The translations under genes were made by a program, and so were the position numbers. Shown one piece after another: positions 1 to 11,949 of a DNA stretch of 64,000 bases. Numbering within the stretch: the first letter of the stretch is position 1; each line of letters starts with the position of its first letter. Under the pieces are notes generated by a model that did no database searches, was not told the origin of the DNA, and saw only the letters and a program-made list of their open reading frames with translations. The stretch covers positions 13,144,001-13,208,000 of the forward strand of contig OZ365116.1 of NCBI GenBank assembly GCA_977030845.1, written 5' to 3'. The DNA is from Fimbriosthenelais zetlandica. Taxonomy: Eukaryota.

Positions 1-126
1 GCAAACTTCCAATACACATCGGTATAGTTATAGTGGAGCCGGGGATATCTTATACTGACATAGCCAATATCATAGTGTGGGCAATGGCCATGGGCATATC
101 CTATATCAGTATATACGACCGATTAG
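1..126 (+). CDS. NUS1: NUS1 (Nogo-B receptor, cis-prenyltransferase subunit) coding exon, 5'-truncated by the window edge
   Basis: Frame from nt 3 reads [41 protein letters not shown](G), resembling human NUS1 [39 protein letters not shown] (recalled). Donor G|GTAATT at 127, phase 1. Confidence 0.93.
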
Positions 127-554
127 GTAATTATTCTTTTTCTTCGTTATTCATTCATGTCATTTTTATTATAGCCTAGGCCTAATTATACTTAATTTAT
201 AGTAGGCGTAGGCCTAGGCCGGTAGAGTCTACTAGTCTAGTAGCTAGAGATAACATGCTTCAGGCCTAGCCTAGTCATATATTATTCCCACTACATGTAT
301 TAATATTATATCCATGGTCTGAACTGAAGCACTGAAGTTCATGAATCCATTATCCTATTTCGGTATATAATAGGGCCTAGGCCTATTTCTATTAAATATT
401 TTTTTTATAAAATTGATCATTCTGTTAATTTGAAGCTTTCAGGGTAATGGGTAAGCCTAATATCTGCAGGCTTGATGCTATCTATGAATATTTTTAATTT
501 TATCACTGCCCTAAATAGAACAAGATTTTCTTAAGATTTATTTTTTATTTTCAG

Positions 555-683
555 GTGTTTTAAAACGTAACAAATCGTCCTTACAATTAGCATTAGAAAA
601 ACAACGGTCTTCACTTCAAGGAAGCGATCACCAGTTACCCAATGTATATATTCATCAAAGTAGAAAGCATCGTAGATCTAATG
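555..683 (+). CDS. NUS1: NUS1 coding exon
   Basis: ttttttattttcag| acceptor and |gtaagt donor; 129 nt, phase 1-1. Reads (G)VLKRNKSSLQLALEKQRSSLQGSDHQLPNVYIHQSRKHRRSN, cf. human GIFKRNNSRLMDEILKQQ. Confidence 0.92.
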
Positions 684-839
684 GTAAGTCTCAATTTCAA
701 ACATTTTTTAGAATTAAAATTTTCAATTTTCTTGCCTTCATAAGTGGATTTGTTAATGTAACAGGTTCTGATAATTTACCAAAATTATGGTACATAATAT
801 TATTCACATTTGATTAATGTGTTATTTATTCACTTACAG

Positions 840-995
840 ATGTTAGTCAGTCAGGGGTGGACGTATTTTTATTGTCGTTAGAAGATGGACGGCGGGACCT
901 AGTGGAAACGACCCGTCAGCTCAGCCAAGCAGTGGCCAGGAATGAATACAAGATGTCAGATATAACTCCCACCAACGTCGATGCCATAGTGCAGG
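840..995 (+). CDS. NUS1: NUS1 coding exon
   Basis: cacttacag| and |gtaaat; 156 nt, phase 1-1. Reads (D)VSQSGVDVFLLSLEDGRRDLVETTRQLSQAVARNEYKMSDITPTNVDAIVQ, cf. human [25 protein letters not shown]. Confidence 0.93.
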
Positions 996-1228
996 GTAAA
1001 TTATTTCAAAATCAATATTAATAATAGAAATTAATATTAATGATAGGTAGGCCTAATTGTAAGGATTATTTATGACTCATTTCAATTGAAATTAGTCGTC
1101 AGAAATGTTTAAAATGAATCATCAGAATTCTTTATAATTGTTAATAAGAATATGTAGAAATTCCAGTGCAAAATGATAGTATGTTATAGTCATTGCTTTA
1201 AACTGTCTTATCGATTTGTCTTGGACAG

Positions 1229-1328
1229 AGCGCCATGGGTTTCCTGATCCAGATCTATTACTACGGTTCGGGAAGGTGGACAGTGTGATGGGCTTCCTTC
1301 CCTGGCAAATTAGACTCACCGAGATGCT
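1229..1328 (+). CDS. NUS1: NUS1 coding exon
   Basis: ggacag| and |gtaagt; 100 nt, phase 1-2. Reads (E)[32 protein letters not shown], the diagnostic cis-prenyltransferase PDPDL..FG...GFLPW.IRLTE motif. Confidence 0.96.
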
Positions 1329-1839
1329 GTAAGTGGCCACAAACAGTTTAATTAATTTTTCCCAAAAATAAGTATTTTCTATTCAAGGTTTAATTTGGTT
1401 TGAAAAAATATACAAGTTGATTTTGCATAGCAATCAGAATCCAATCAAGCGATTTTGCATCGAAATTTCTCTTTTGCCACCTGAAGAATGCAGATAACAT
1501 GTATCGCAAAAATTGTGAGGCCAATTGATTTTGTATCAATTGAGATATCCGCTTCCGATTGTGCACTCGCCAGTTATAGCGCTGCTTCCGATCACTAGGA
1601 GTTTATCAAGTTAATCTGAACCATCTGCTAATTTTTATAGGACTAACCCAGAACTCTAGTTTTCTGTAGTATCTGTGAGAAATTTGACTAAATTTTTCAC
1701 TGTTTGAACTGTAACTTACAGGTAAGTTTCACTTGATCTTAACTGTCTATTGAACAAATTCTGACCTTTTTCTATAGTACTAACAGAAATCCTACGCATT
1801 TTAATGATAACATTTTAATTGATATATTATTTTTTTCAG

Positions 1840-1930
1840 AGCGTCGCCTTCTCATCATAACCTCGATTATTCCACCTTCTACCAGTTGCTTCTATCCTAC
1901 AGCAACACAGAACAGAGACTGGGAAAATGA
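1840..1930 (+). CDS. NUS1: NUS1 last coding exon
   Basis: ttttttcag| acceptor, phase 2. Reads (L)ASPSHHNLDYSTFYQLLLSYSNTEQRLGK*, with TGA at 1928-1930 and the conserved C-terminal RxG motif (EQRLGK). Confidence 0.96.
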
Positions 1931-2896
1931 GCAGATATTCCGCCACTAGTACAACTGGGATGAATCACCTCAAGTGGAAGGGCAAAAAACCTGCCATGAA
2001 TTTCACTATGAAAACTGGCCATTTATATCTACCTATCTGACTACTCACTACAGTGGGGACTCAACAGTGTTACTCTTCACTCACTCAAACGATGGATATT
2101 TAGACTTTGAACTTTGGTGAAACCAAATTTAGTGATGACAATTATGGTGAATTAAGACGAATAGATGTCTTTTCAAGAGATCCCAATATCAGTAGGAAAA
2201 GTCCACTGCCATAGTAAAAATATTAATATATTGTATAAAGAAAACCGAGAGTGAACCCTAAGACTTGTGACTATTGTCTAATGTCCCGTTTGTAGTACAT
2301 ATATATGGTAAAAAAAAATGTTGGCATTTACGGTAGATCTCCCATCACCAATCCCGTCGCTTTTAGAATGATTGTCAATGGCCCAGATGCCCAGAGTTTT
2401 GCCATCAACTGTGATGCTACTTCAGAACATTATCCAACGAGAGATTGGTAAATGAATGCTTAGAAGCATATTGTCATTGATTTTTTCCCATGCCATCTTG
2501 CTTTATTTCTCCCACAAGAAAATGTAGATTGATTTTTTTTCTATAGTTAGTTAAGTCGTTATTGTTGACAATCATGATGTCAAACCTCTGAGAATTATTG
2601 TCCTAGGACGCGCTAGTACAAATCTTATTTATCTTAGGTCTCTCCTACTTGGTGTTTTAAACTTTATTTTGCTTAAATAATTTAATCGCGAATATTTTCG
2701 CATTATACAACATCTTTTAGTTCAAGTATTTCTACACGATGTGTATGGTTTAGAAGCTGTTAACTTCTATTTTTTTTCAAGGCATGGCAACCAATCTATT
2801 GGTTCAAAATTCGGTAATTAAAAATTTTAAATTATATTACGGTATCTCTGTATGTGAACTTATGATATACATGAAATGGAGGACGTTATGTCTGTA

Positions 2897-2902
2897 AATA
2901 AA
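2897..2902 (+). terminator. Candidate NUS1 polyadenylation signal AATAAA (3' UTR about 1 kb)
   Basis: AATAAA about 970 nt after the stop, in AT-rich sequence. Position is inferred only; no transcript data. Confidence 0.35.
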
Positions 2903-4616
2903 GTAGTAGTATTTTAGGGAAAAATTCCAGTTCTCTGTAAGATTGATTTATTGTCTAATGGATAATATACATATGTATTTTTAAAAATGTCTAGGAAAAT
3001 TATCAGATATTCTGAATACCGGTTTACTCCGCGGAGCATAAAGTTATTCCACCCCAACCAACAAAAAATAACCCAAATATATCATTGTATTTCCATTGCA
3101 AATGCCTTTTACAGGAAACTATGTCAACCAGTATTTCCCTAGGGCAAATACTGCTCATTATATGTTCCTCCCGCCTGCACATTTTCCCCTATACTAATCA
3201 TATGGATGAACAATACTTGAGCTAGGTGGAATGATCTTCCCTCTATACTTTCCTCTCTACCTGGTTTTCCGAAGAAAGGGAATTAACTCCCGACCTATAT
3301 ATGAATTAATAGGCTCATGCCAATAAAGTGGCAAAGGTCGGGGGTAGGGTCAGAAGTTAGCGTGTTAGGGAATAATTAATATGCTTCCAGTATGAGCATG
3401 ATAGACTGATAGCATGCCATGTGAGGGGGGATGCAGGAGTAGAAGTTTCCATGGCAACAGCCACTTAAATAAAGTCACCCACCATCTGTCTAAGATGTTC
3501 TTTTAGAGAACACGCCAAAGAATTTATTTTTCTTAAGATTTAAATAATTTCCCATGGGTACAATATCATCTAGATAGACAAAGTCTATGATGAATTCATT
3601 CTAGTTCATGATGTCTAGAATAGAATGGGCTAACTTTGACCCGATGGGCGCCTTTAATTCTATTTTTATATGGAGCAGGTGCCCCTTTAAATGTTGACCT
3701 ACTTTGGATGATTTGCTCAGACTGAGGTGTGTTCAATGTAGCGTGCAGCTCACATTATTGAGGTATGACCTCGGAGTAGAAGGAATCCGCCGCAGGGAAT
3801 TACTAATACCTGGATATTAGAAGCTCTTTAATTCAACATAAATTTCAGCGGTAAATACATTTGATACTTTCATTCCGATTAAGTTACAATTCCATTTAAA
3901 CTGTAGATATATAGGCTCACTTAAGTGTGTAATTCAATTCATATTTCAAAAATTGGCATCCTCCCTACAGGTTTATTAGGTCCAATACTACCGTCTCTTC
4001 CCCAGGCTTATTGTATTGAAACCATTTCATATAGCATATGCCTAGTTAATCTTCCTAATAGGCGAATATAGGCATACTCCGGATATTTATTAATATAATA
4101 TTTCATTTTTTTCATTTAAATATACATGGCTTTAAGTTTTAAATATTATGAATGTGGATTCTTCCATCAAGCTCTTTGCAGTGTGGATGTCTATAGATGA
4201 GACCCATGCTCCATCCAAAGACAGTCCATTATAAAACACATGGGGGCGCCACTGAGCCATGTCGGGGTTAACCATTGATTCCATCTTTTAGCACTAGGGG
4301 GCGCCACTATCTCAATACATTGAATGTAAGCTCCAACATATATACTGGAGTTCCCATATGTCTGTTTAAAATTAATGGGTTCCTAAATCATACATATAAT
4401 AGTTTTCATAATTCTAAATAGATTATTTGGGATCAGTCTCTTTGTTATAGGCTACCTTCCCTACTTTCTTCTGTTCAATTTGTTACATTCCCTGTTGACG
4501 TTGAAACCTTTGAACTCTTTTCTTGTTAACGTTTCCTGTTTCAATTCTAGTTCTTGAAAATCACGGAAACATCACAAATCAAAATCACGGAAACTGTGAA
4601 TTACATCTGACAAATA

Positions 4617-4653
4617 ATGGACGAAGTTACAGCAGCTAAAATACAACGTTATT
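4617..4653 (+). CDS. ANKRD6: Candidate alternative first coding exon A of ANKRD6 (MDEVTAAKIQRY)
   Basis: ataATGG start, 12 codons + 1 nt, then a T|GTAAGT donor. Phase 1 matches the acceptor at 38476. Short, so a chance occurrence cannot be excluded. Confidence 0.4.
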
Positions 4654-6105
4654 GTAAGTATTACTAATACCTTTATTGTACTAATTCATTTTATCCCTGA
4701 CTGTTTTGGAAGCGTGCCATTTGGTTTCTGCAGCAAACATTTTGATTAATTTCATTTCCTTGTAAAAGCTGTTATACTGGCGGTTTGGAATAACTGAACT
4801 CACATATCCTGCAGGTGATATGGGAGTAAGTTACAAAAACGTCAGGTTTTAATAAGATCCAGAGAGATGATTGCCGGGGCCAATTAGGACAGTTTGTTTA
4901 ACCGAGCAGAGAACATTGATACATTAGATAATTGGTCTCTGTTAATTGTATAATTGTCTAAATCGACCCAGAACGGTGATGGCGCAATTATATCCCCATT
5001 CATTTCTCCCAAGAAACACTCCCAATGGTTTATTGCACGTTATATTTCATAATTCAGAGAGAAACGTTTAATTTTAATTTTGCTAATTCACCATGAATGC
5101 ATCAACTGAATACATTCATACACAAAACACTTAACATCTTCGTTATATTGACTTCTGTGGTCGATTCCGTTTGTTTCATATACATTTGGATGTTGCTAAG
5201 AATAATGTTTCACAATACATTATTATTGGATAAAGATTATGAGGTATAACCGAATTTTCGGAAATACTATGGGGATTATGATATTAATAATAATTTAAGG
5301 ATAATTATTTTATCCATGTCAATGCACCTATGTCTTATAATTGTGGTCCGTACCAGTCAACCGTATACAAAAATGTACTGGTGTATTTGGGACTAAAACT
5401 TATGTTCCCGAACATTCGTTACCACCCCCTCCCCTATCCATTGTGAAACATTCACAGTTTATCCAATAATTAGCACCAATAATAAGATATACCCCATGTC
5501 ATTAACTAATGATGCGTTATATAAATGCCCGGATGCTACAAGCATTACTTCGGCTTTTAAAATACTCATACGCTTTATTCTGTCGTTAAGTCCTGAGTTC
5601 AGATCAGCATCTTCGTTGAATTCATTAGCTCACTCTGCACTTCTCTCGTCGGGAGCTTTTGTGTAGCTTCTCATTCAGACTTTTGTCATGGCCATCTTAA
5701 AGCATTGGTGTGAAGCTTACTATACAAGCCTGACCACTCACTGAAACTATGTATAGACCATGACAGCGGCCATTGTCCGAATTTAATTAGGGGGTGTCCA
5801 GCGTCATGGTCTGGTTGGGATGGTAACCATTTCTTTTACCTTGAATGTCCGCAAAATCAATGATTCCTATACTAGGGTACTTAAAAACCCAGTGGAACAA
5901 TCTCTCAAACGATTTTTAGTTTTCTTATTTGAATTCTAAAATGAATAATGAATTATTATTTGAGAATCCTACAGCCAGAAAATGTATTACATTAGAAGCC
6001 ATATGGATTATGGTTATTGTGATAATTATCATTCATATTTTGAAGTATTTTAGGGGGTTCATTGCATAGCATTGTTTATTCCCAAACTTGAATGGTTACT
6101 AGGAA

Positions 6106-6117
6106 CTTAGAGTAAAA
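6106..6117. mobile_element. Half copy of the CTTAGAGT palindromic element
   Basis: TAGGAA-CTTAGAGTAAAA-TAGGAA: a single arm between 6-bp direct repeats. Confidence 0.5.
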
Positions 6118-6199
6118 TAGGAATAAAAATTGAGCTAGAAATATATCCTGGAAGAGTATTCATCACTTTTCCATAAGCACACAGCTACTTCTCCAGGTG

Positions 6200-6250
6200 A
6201 GGGCGTTCCCCGAGCACGTGACCTGAGACGCGCGCTCTCATTGGACGACT
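6200..6250 (+). promoter_or_regulatory. CpG-rich promoter-like cluster upstream of exon B
   Basis: E-box CACGTG at 6215-6220, ACGCGCGC at 6228-6235 and reverse CCAAT (ATTGG) at 6240-6244, about 250 nt before ATG 6495, in an otherwise CpG-poor background. Confidence 0.5.
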
Positions 6251-6494
6251 CCAGAAATGGAGGGGATTTTGAAATGCTTATCCATGAGACGCAGCTGTCG
6301 TCTGCGGTGCCGGGCTATAGGCGTGTATACAGTATAGAGCTCTACTACTGACCTAGCGGAACACATGCCTGCCCCCACCACAACACACACACCACACACA
6401 CTGGCCAGCACCGGCCCAGTCAGGACCATAATACCGACTAAAGGAGTACGAACGTGAACATTATTAAGGATTTTAAAAGAAAAAACACAGGACA

Positions 6495-6639
6495 ATGTGG
6501 TACAACGGTGAACATCGTGGACGGCCTAAATATGGGAGTAATTTACCAGCCAAAAAGCCGAGATCTAGAGGGGAATACGAAGGTGGTTTATCATCGGAAA
6601 GTGAAGTTTCTGATGATGACTATGATACAGAGAGTATGG
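6495..6639 (+). CDS. ANKRD6: Candidate alternative first coding exon B of ANKRD6 (48 aa, acidic Ser-rich end)
   Basis: Reads MWYNGEHRGRPKYGSNLPAKKPRSRGEYEGGLSSESEVSDDDYDTESM, then a G|GTAAGT donor at 6640. Phase 1; promoter-like cluster just upstream. Confidence 0.65.
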
Positions 6640-8432
6640 GTAAGTTGGATTTTAGACTGATATACTTGAACGATTGTGGCACGCGCCTGGTCGTGGACTC
6701 AATGTTTGACTTCTTATCGCCTTATCTTTGAAGTAAATCCTTGTGTCTATATGTATAGGGATGATAGGTCGCGTGCAAAGGATTTATCACAAACTTGTGG
6801 CCTCATATATGTTGAGGTAGTCTTCTATTTTTGACTCAAAACATTGGTCAGCAGGCAATGGTATTAAATTGCAGGCCATTGACCAGTCGTATTAATAGTA
6901 ATACACATGGTCCTTTCAAAGCTTCAACTTTTGTAAATGATTAATTTCTTGAATGAAAAAATATCTGACCCCTATCAGTCGAAATGGACACGTATATAAC
7001 CGAGCGTAGATTAATTAAATTCATTTGAATCTAAGATATGAGAAAGTGTTGAGACATATGAGAAAAAAAATTATTATTCGTCTAAGGTGACTTTACTTAA
7101 GACTAAGGCAAGTCTACCACTTTTATAGTTTGACAGTTGGACTCCAACCCACACCAACAGATGTTTTCTTCGTGACAGTTAGCCTTATGACGTCATTTAA
7201 GCATCATTTGGTAGTAGGTTTGGGCTGCTGCTAACAACAAATTAACTCCTTTCTTTCAATAATTAGCTGACAGTTAACAGGCAAATTAGGAGGGGGACAT
7301 ATTAATACATTCCCTGCTATCATGACATAAAATGAATAATTATTATAATGAAATGACTTATCACATGCAGTCTTCTATACGACTTATCTGAACTTTCTAA
7401 AGGTGAAAACTGTTTGGATTCTCCAAGAATTAGTGGAGTTATGGACATTCAAAGTTGCACACCTGTCAACATTTGGGATGAAAGGCTTAACCTTAGCATG
7501 CCTAAGGGATGGAAATCTCTTTCAATGAAATCTTGTGTCAGTAATGTCCACTGCAAGGAATTTATGACCCACTCAATTCCAGTTTTTCTGACCTTTTGTA
7601 TATCCTTTGATATTTGCTTTTTCTTAGCCCATTTTTATAATGCCAGCCATATAAGTATATGAAACATGACTACATAACTTGGAGGTTGGACAATACACTT
7701 TGTCTTCCGAGCCTGTTTTATATCAAATGCCTTAAAAGCCTTAGCCAGACTTGAATTTTATTGTACTCATTTTCTGGATGGCAAGTCTTACCCCCCTCAG
7801 TCATAATGATGAGACAAGGTGACAAATAACGTTACAAAGCCGGGGGCTGGCCCCCGACTCGTCCTATCACTTCACTCACACCTACTCCAACTTTTATGAG
7901 CCCCTATAAACATTACACAGGGGACCACAAAATGGTTGAGGCCAACCGCAAAAGTTATTCAAATATTGAATTGTACTACTTTTTTAATTGCCTTTGGGTC
8001 AATTAACATGGGATATAAAGTGTTTTTTGGGCAATAGAGGTGATATGTTCAATTGAAGAACTACAAATATGTATGGGATGTTATGGCATTTTAGTCGTTG
8101 GAGGTTAAATTCAGGTGCTTGACATATACTCAAGTGAAGGCACGTCCGTTGGCCATTGTGACCTCTATATTTTAGTTGCCATGGTTACGACATGAGATGA
8201 CCGAGCCCCCATATGACAACCAGTCAACCTTCTATACTCGACTTAAGAGGAGAAGAGTATTCCGTAACATCTCTGACAGAATTAAGTCTTTAAATGGGAA
8301 TATGTGTGTTATATTATTAATGTCACTTTCCCCCCAAAGATTCATATAGTTGATCCTCAGATTGTATAAGACTTGTAGTTCAGAAGATAGTGTTCTTTAA
8401 TGCTTGGTACATTATAAAGTCATTATCTATAT

Positions 8433-8462
8433 CTTAGAGTCAAATGTTTGTTTTACTCGAAT
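8433..8462. mobile_element. Ultra-short palindromic transposon scar, 7-bp TSD TCTATAT
   Basis: TCTATAT-CTTAGAGTCAAATGTTTGTTTTACTCGAAT-TCTATAT. Confidence 0.75.
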
Positions 8463-10221
8463 TCTATATAAAACATGCCACTCCTTTATGCAGGCTATGT
8501 CTCTCTCAGGCCCATCCTCTACGATTTGTTCACGTTTGATGTGAAAAGAGTATGCCTCTAGCTATAGCTCTTTTATTTTGGAGTTAATGCTGAAAATCCA
8601 GGGTCGATATGGGCCGGGGGCATACACATATTTCATCATATACCAACATGTCATATTCCCTACAGAACTCCCTCACTTTATCGACCAAACTCCCATCCAT
8701 AATCTCTGTAATGTTAATCACTTTCTGTCACGATTTGACAATAGTCAAAATCACTTCTCTTGAAATCCAATTCATTGGAATTACTTTTCCAAGTGTGTTG
8801 AGGTTGCATGTTTTTGTGACATGCCAGATTTCAGACGTTTTTGTATTGACAGAATGTGTTTGAAGCATTTTTAATTGATTATTTGGATAAGCTTCCACCA
8901 TAAAAGATGTATATAGAAGAATTTGAACTTGTCAGCATTTTGGTTACACCCGGGCCTGGGCGAAAGGTGAGAGAAATATGGCACATAGATGACCCCTATG
9001 TTTGGCTAGCTTTAAGTGCAATTGAATCTGGCATCATGCTGTAAAGCCCAACTGTGCTGACAACTCAATCAAATCCTGTCAAAAACTATGGCAATAACAT
9101 GGAAATGCTTCTACCATTAAAATTGTGATACTTTTAATATGACATAGCTAAATGTAGTTTCTGGAAGTTGAAGTTCATATAGTTCGTGTAAGAATGATGA
9201 GTTGGGTGATGGAAGAAAATGGATGAATTCAATGGAAAGTTGTAAACTGTCAAGTAAGAATCAGATGGGATTGTATACAGCAATATGCTTTTCTAGGTGA
9301 GAAAGGATATTTGAATTATTGAGGTACCTTTTATGGAGCCAGATACAGGTTAATCCATATGCTAATAAAGCAGGTTAGATCAAAGCCAGACTATCTCATA
9401 TATCTCATCAATGGCCCCGATCAATACTAATATAACAAAGCAATGACAAATACTTTATGGCATCAAACTTTCATGGACCTGACAGTCAATTTTCCACTCA
9501 TTTATGAGCAAATAAATTCATGCAGCATCCGCAGGTGATAACCACAAAAAGATGCACCAACTTTAACTACAAAAAGATGCACTAATTAGTGTGTTATAAC
9601 ATCAAAGTTATAATTAACCGCATTCCTCCCAATTAAAGCTAGTGGTTCACATGTAACATTGCCACTATTTTCATATGCGTAATCCTCACCTATCTCAGGG
9701 GCATTAGTGGCTTTCTTTCTTCTTTAAATTATATTCTCAGCTTCCTAACTTCAAAGGCTCTAATCCTGTTTATCGCACTATTCGTATTGTTCACAGATTA
9801 ACGGTATGTCCTTTTTATAATCTTCGGAAATAATAAAGAGGATATATGATATTTTGAGGTATTGTTTGTCGCGGCTGGAAGCAAAATTATGATATTAACA
9901 TCAAAGCTTTCCTTCAATGTGGAATAATAATCTGTTCTCTATGTCTTAACCCGCATATTGGGATTTCCCGATGAATTAATTCACCATACAATACTCTAAG
10001 AAGTATACCATTAAGAACTTCCCTATACCACAATACAAGAATTCATACTTGATTTCCGTTAATTTCATGCCCTCCAAGACAACAATCAGCCAGAATAATA
10101 TTATGTATGGCCCATGCCTGTGGCTGTTTGCCTTTGTCGTAGGAGTATAAAACAATTTCTGTTTTTCTGTTGGGGGACAAAGGCATGTTGTATTATTGCT
10201 TCCGTCCCGGGCCATTGTGGA

Positions 10222-10291
10222 ATGATCTCGCGGATTAGTAGGTGTAAGGGGATCCGACTATCAAACCATTACCTACCACCAACAGCCTCAG
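10222..10291 (+). CDS. ANKRD6: Candidate alternative first coding exon C of ANKRD6 (MISRISRCKGIRLSNHYLPPTAS; upstream in-frame ATG at 10114)
   Basis: Open frame ending at a CAG|GTGAGG donor (GT at 10292), phase 1. No homology recognised. Confidence 0.35.
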
Positions 10292-11175
10292 GTGAGGAAA
10301 TTGGTAGAACAGTACACTTAAATGCATCTTTTTTTCTTTTCTCTCTATTTTTGTCTACCCTAGTCGTATAACCAACACTACTGGCTCTTATTGCAAGTGT
10401 TATATTTGCCTCCTGCCAGAGGGCACTGACCAATGGTCAAGTGTCCACCTCTCAAGTTCACCTGTAAAAGCCCTTTGACCGTTTTACACCTTAGTGAACC
10501 CATCTACTTTCCCGGTCCTTTAGCTAGAAAAGATATCATTGCTTGGACTTTATTTTAGTGCTTTAAAGTTTGGGTTTCGCGCTAAGAGATAGAAGAGTGG
10601 AGCAAAGGTGAAATTGGTAGACGCAGTAAAAAAATAAATAAAACCATTATGGGTCATATGTTTGCAATGAGTACTGTGGCAGGTCAGACCTAGGGGTTAC
10701 CTTTTGTTGCCCCTAATGGACACGGCCCTGACAGATGTTGGTCAACTGGTCAGTTACAGGTGTCAGATGCCCACAGGGAAGGTCCAGTGGAGGGGTGGGG
10801 GAGGCTGGGGGGTGGTCAACAGAGGGTGACCACTTCCACACCTATGTCCACTGCACTGACCCGCCCCCTATTTGAAAGAACACAAAACAGTGTCTTTGAA
10901 AGTCCTCCTGATGATGGGGGAGGTTAGTCATCGTCGGATGGTTACTTGTGTGCCTGTCACATAATTAGACAAGCCTTGATTAAATCTTTCTTAATTAATG
11001 ACTGCTTCACCTGAAGGACCATCTTAGGCCACGCGCCCATTACAGACCACGGGGTGCCGGAGCCAGTGTCCAAATGGGACCAGATTTCAGGTCCAAACAC
11101 GGCTGGGTTCTTTAAAAATAAGATTTGTTTTAATATTTGTTTTTATTCTTAAAGAACCATTTTCATAGATATGAC

Positions 11176-11198
11176 CTTAGAGTAAGATACACTCTAAG
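11176..11198. mobile_element. Ultra-short palindromic transposon scar, 7-bp TSD ATATGAC
   Basis: ATATGAC-CTTAGAGTAAGATACACTCTAAG-ATATGAC. Confidence 0.82.
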
Positions 11199-11764
11199 AT
11201 ATGACATTCCATGGTATAGAATACCATTTTGTCTCTGACCATTCTGTGGTTAACCGCAAATACTTATACATACAAATATATACACCTCAATGGGCAAACG
11301 TATACATAGCACTTCTGGCCACAAAAGTGTGCCCCTTGGGCTTAGCCTACATTTTTTGGTCTTCCCACTTATGTGCCTCATTTGGAAAGAGTCTATCACT
11401 TCTAGTCCTAACAAAAACAAAGTATTCGCTCTAAAATATATTGGGACCATTTTCAAATTGAGACCATTGTGCTGATGTTTCCTCTTCTCCCGCCAATACC
11501 GCCGTACGTTGAGACATTGTGGCGGTTCCGTCTTTTGAACCCTGGTGATTAATTGTCGTTTAGGGCAGCAGGTGTCACGTCGATCAGCAGGTGGGTGGGA
11601 TGGGTAGTGAATGCTTGCACTGCTTGCTTTAGTAGACAAGGTGATCATCTGCCCTGGGTTTGCTACATGGGTAAAGCTTCTCATATTTCTCACCTGTCTC
11701 AAAACCAATAGTAACGTTCAAGTAGGCCTAACCATCCACCTGCATTTTTATATTATGCTGACAT

Positions 11765-11788
11765 CTTAGAGTAAAATGAAACTCTAAG
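11765..11788. mobile_element. Ultra-short palindromic transposon scar, 7-bp TSD CTGACAT
   Basis: CTGACAT-CTTAGAGTAAAATGAAACTCTAAG-CTGACAT. Confidence 0.82.
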
Positions 11789-11925
11789 CTGACATAGAAA
11801 GAGGAGAATTGATGGGTAAAGAAGCCATTTTTTATCAGAACCTTTTCCCTGATAATCTTGTCCCTTGGTTATTGTTGCTACAATATTGTACATACACATG
11901 ACTACCTGAAATACGATGATGTAGC

Positions 11926-11949
11926 CTTAGAGTAAAATTTTACATCAAG
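11926..11949. mobile_element. Ultra-short palindromic transposon scar, 7-bp TSD ATGTAGC
   Basis: ATGTAGC-CTTAGAGTAAAATTTTACATCAAG-ATGTAGC. Confidence 0.8.

Noticed and set aside
1122-1340. 72-aa minus-strand ORF in the track
   Set aside because: It is the antisense shadow of NUS1 exon 1229-1328.
4815-4825. Possible 11-nt micro-exon (cag|GTGATATGGGA|gtaagt)
   Set aside because: It exits in phase 0, which does not fit the 38476 acceptor, and it is too short to distinguish from chance.
9991-10000. ATACTCTAAG, a right-arm-like match to the palindrome family
   Set aside because: No left arm and no flanking duplication.
10607-10626. GGTGAAATTGGTAGACGC resembling a tRNA-Leu D-arm
   Set aside because: No acceptor stem, anticodon arm or T-arm follows; the downstream sequence is A-rich.
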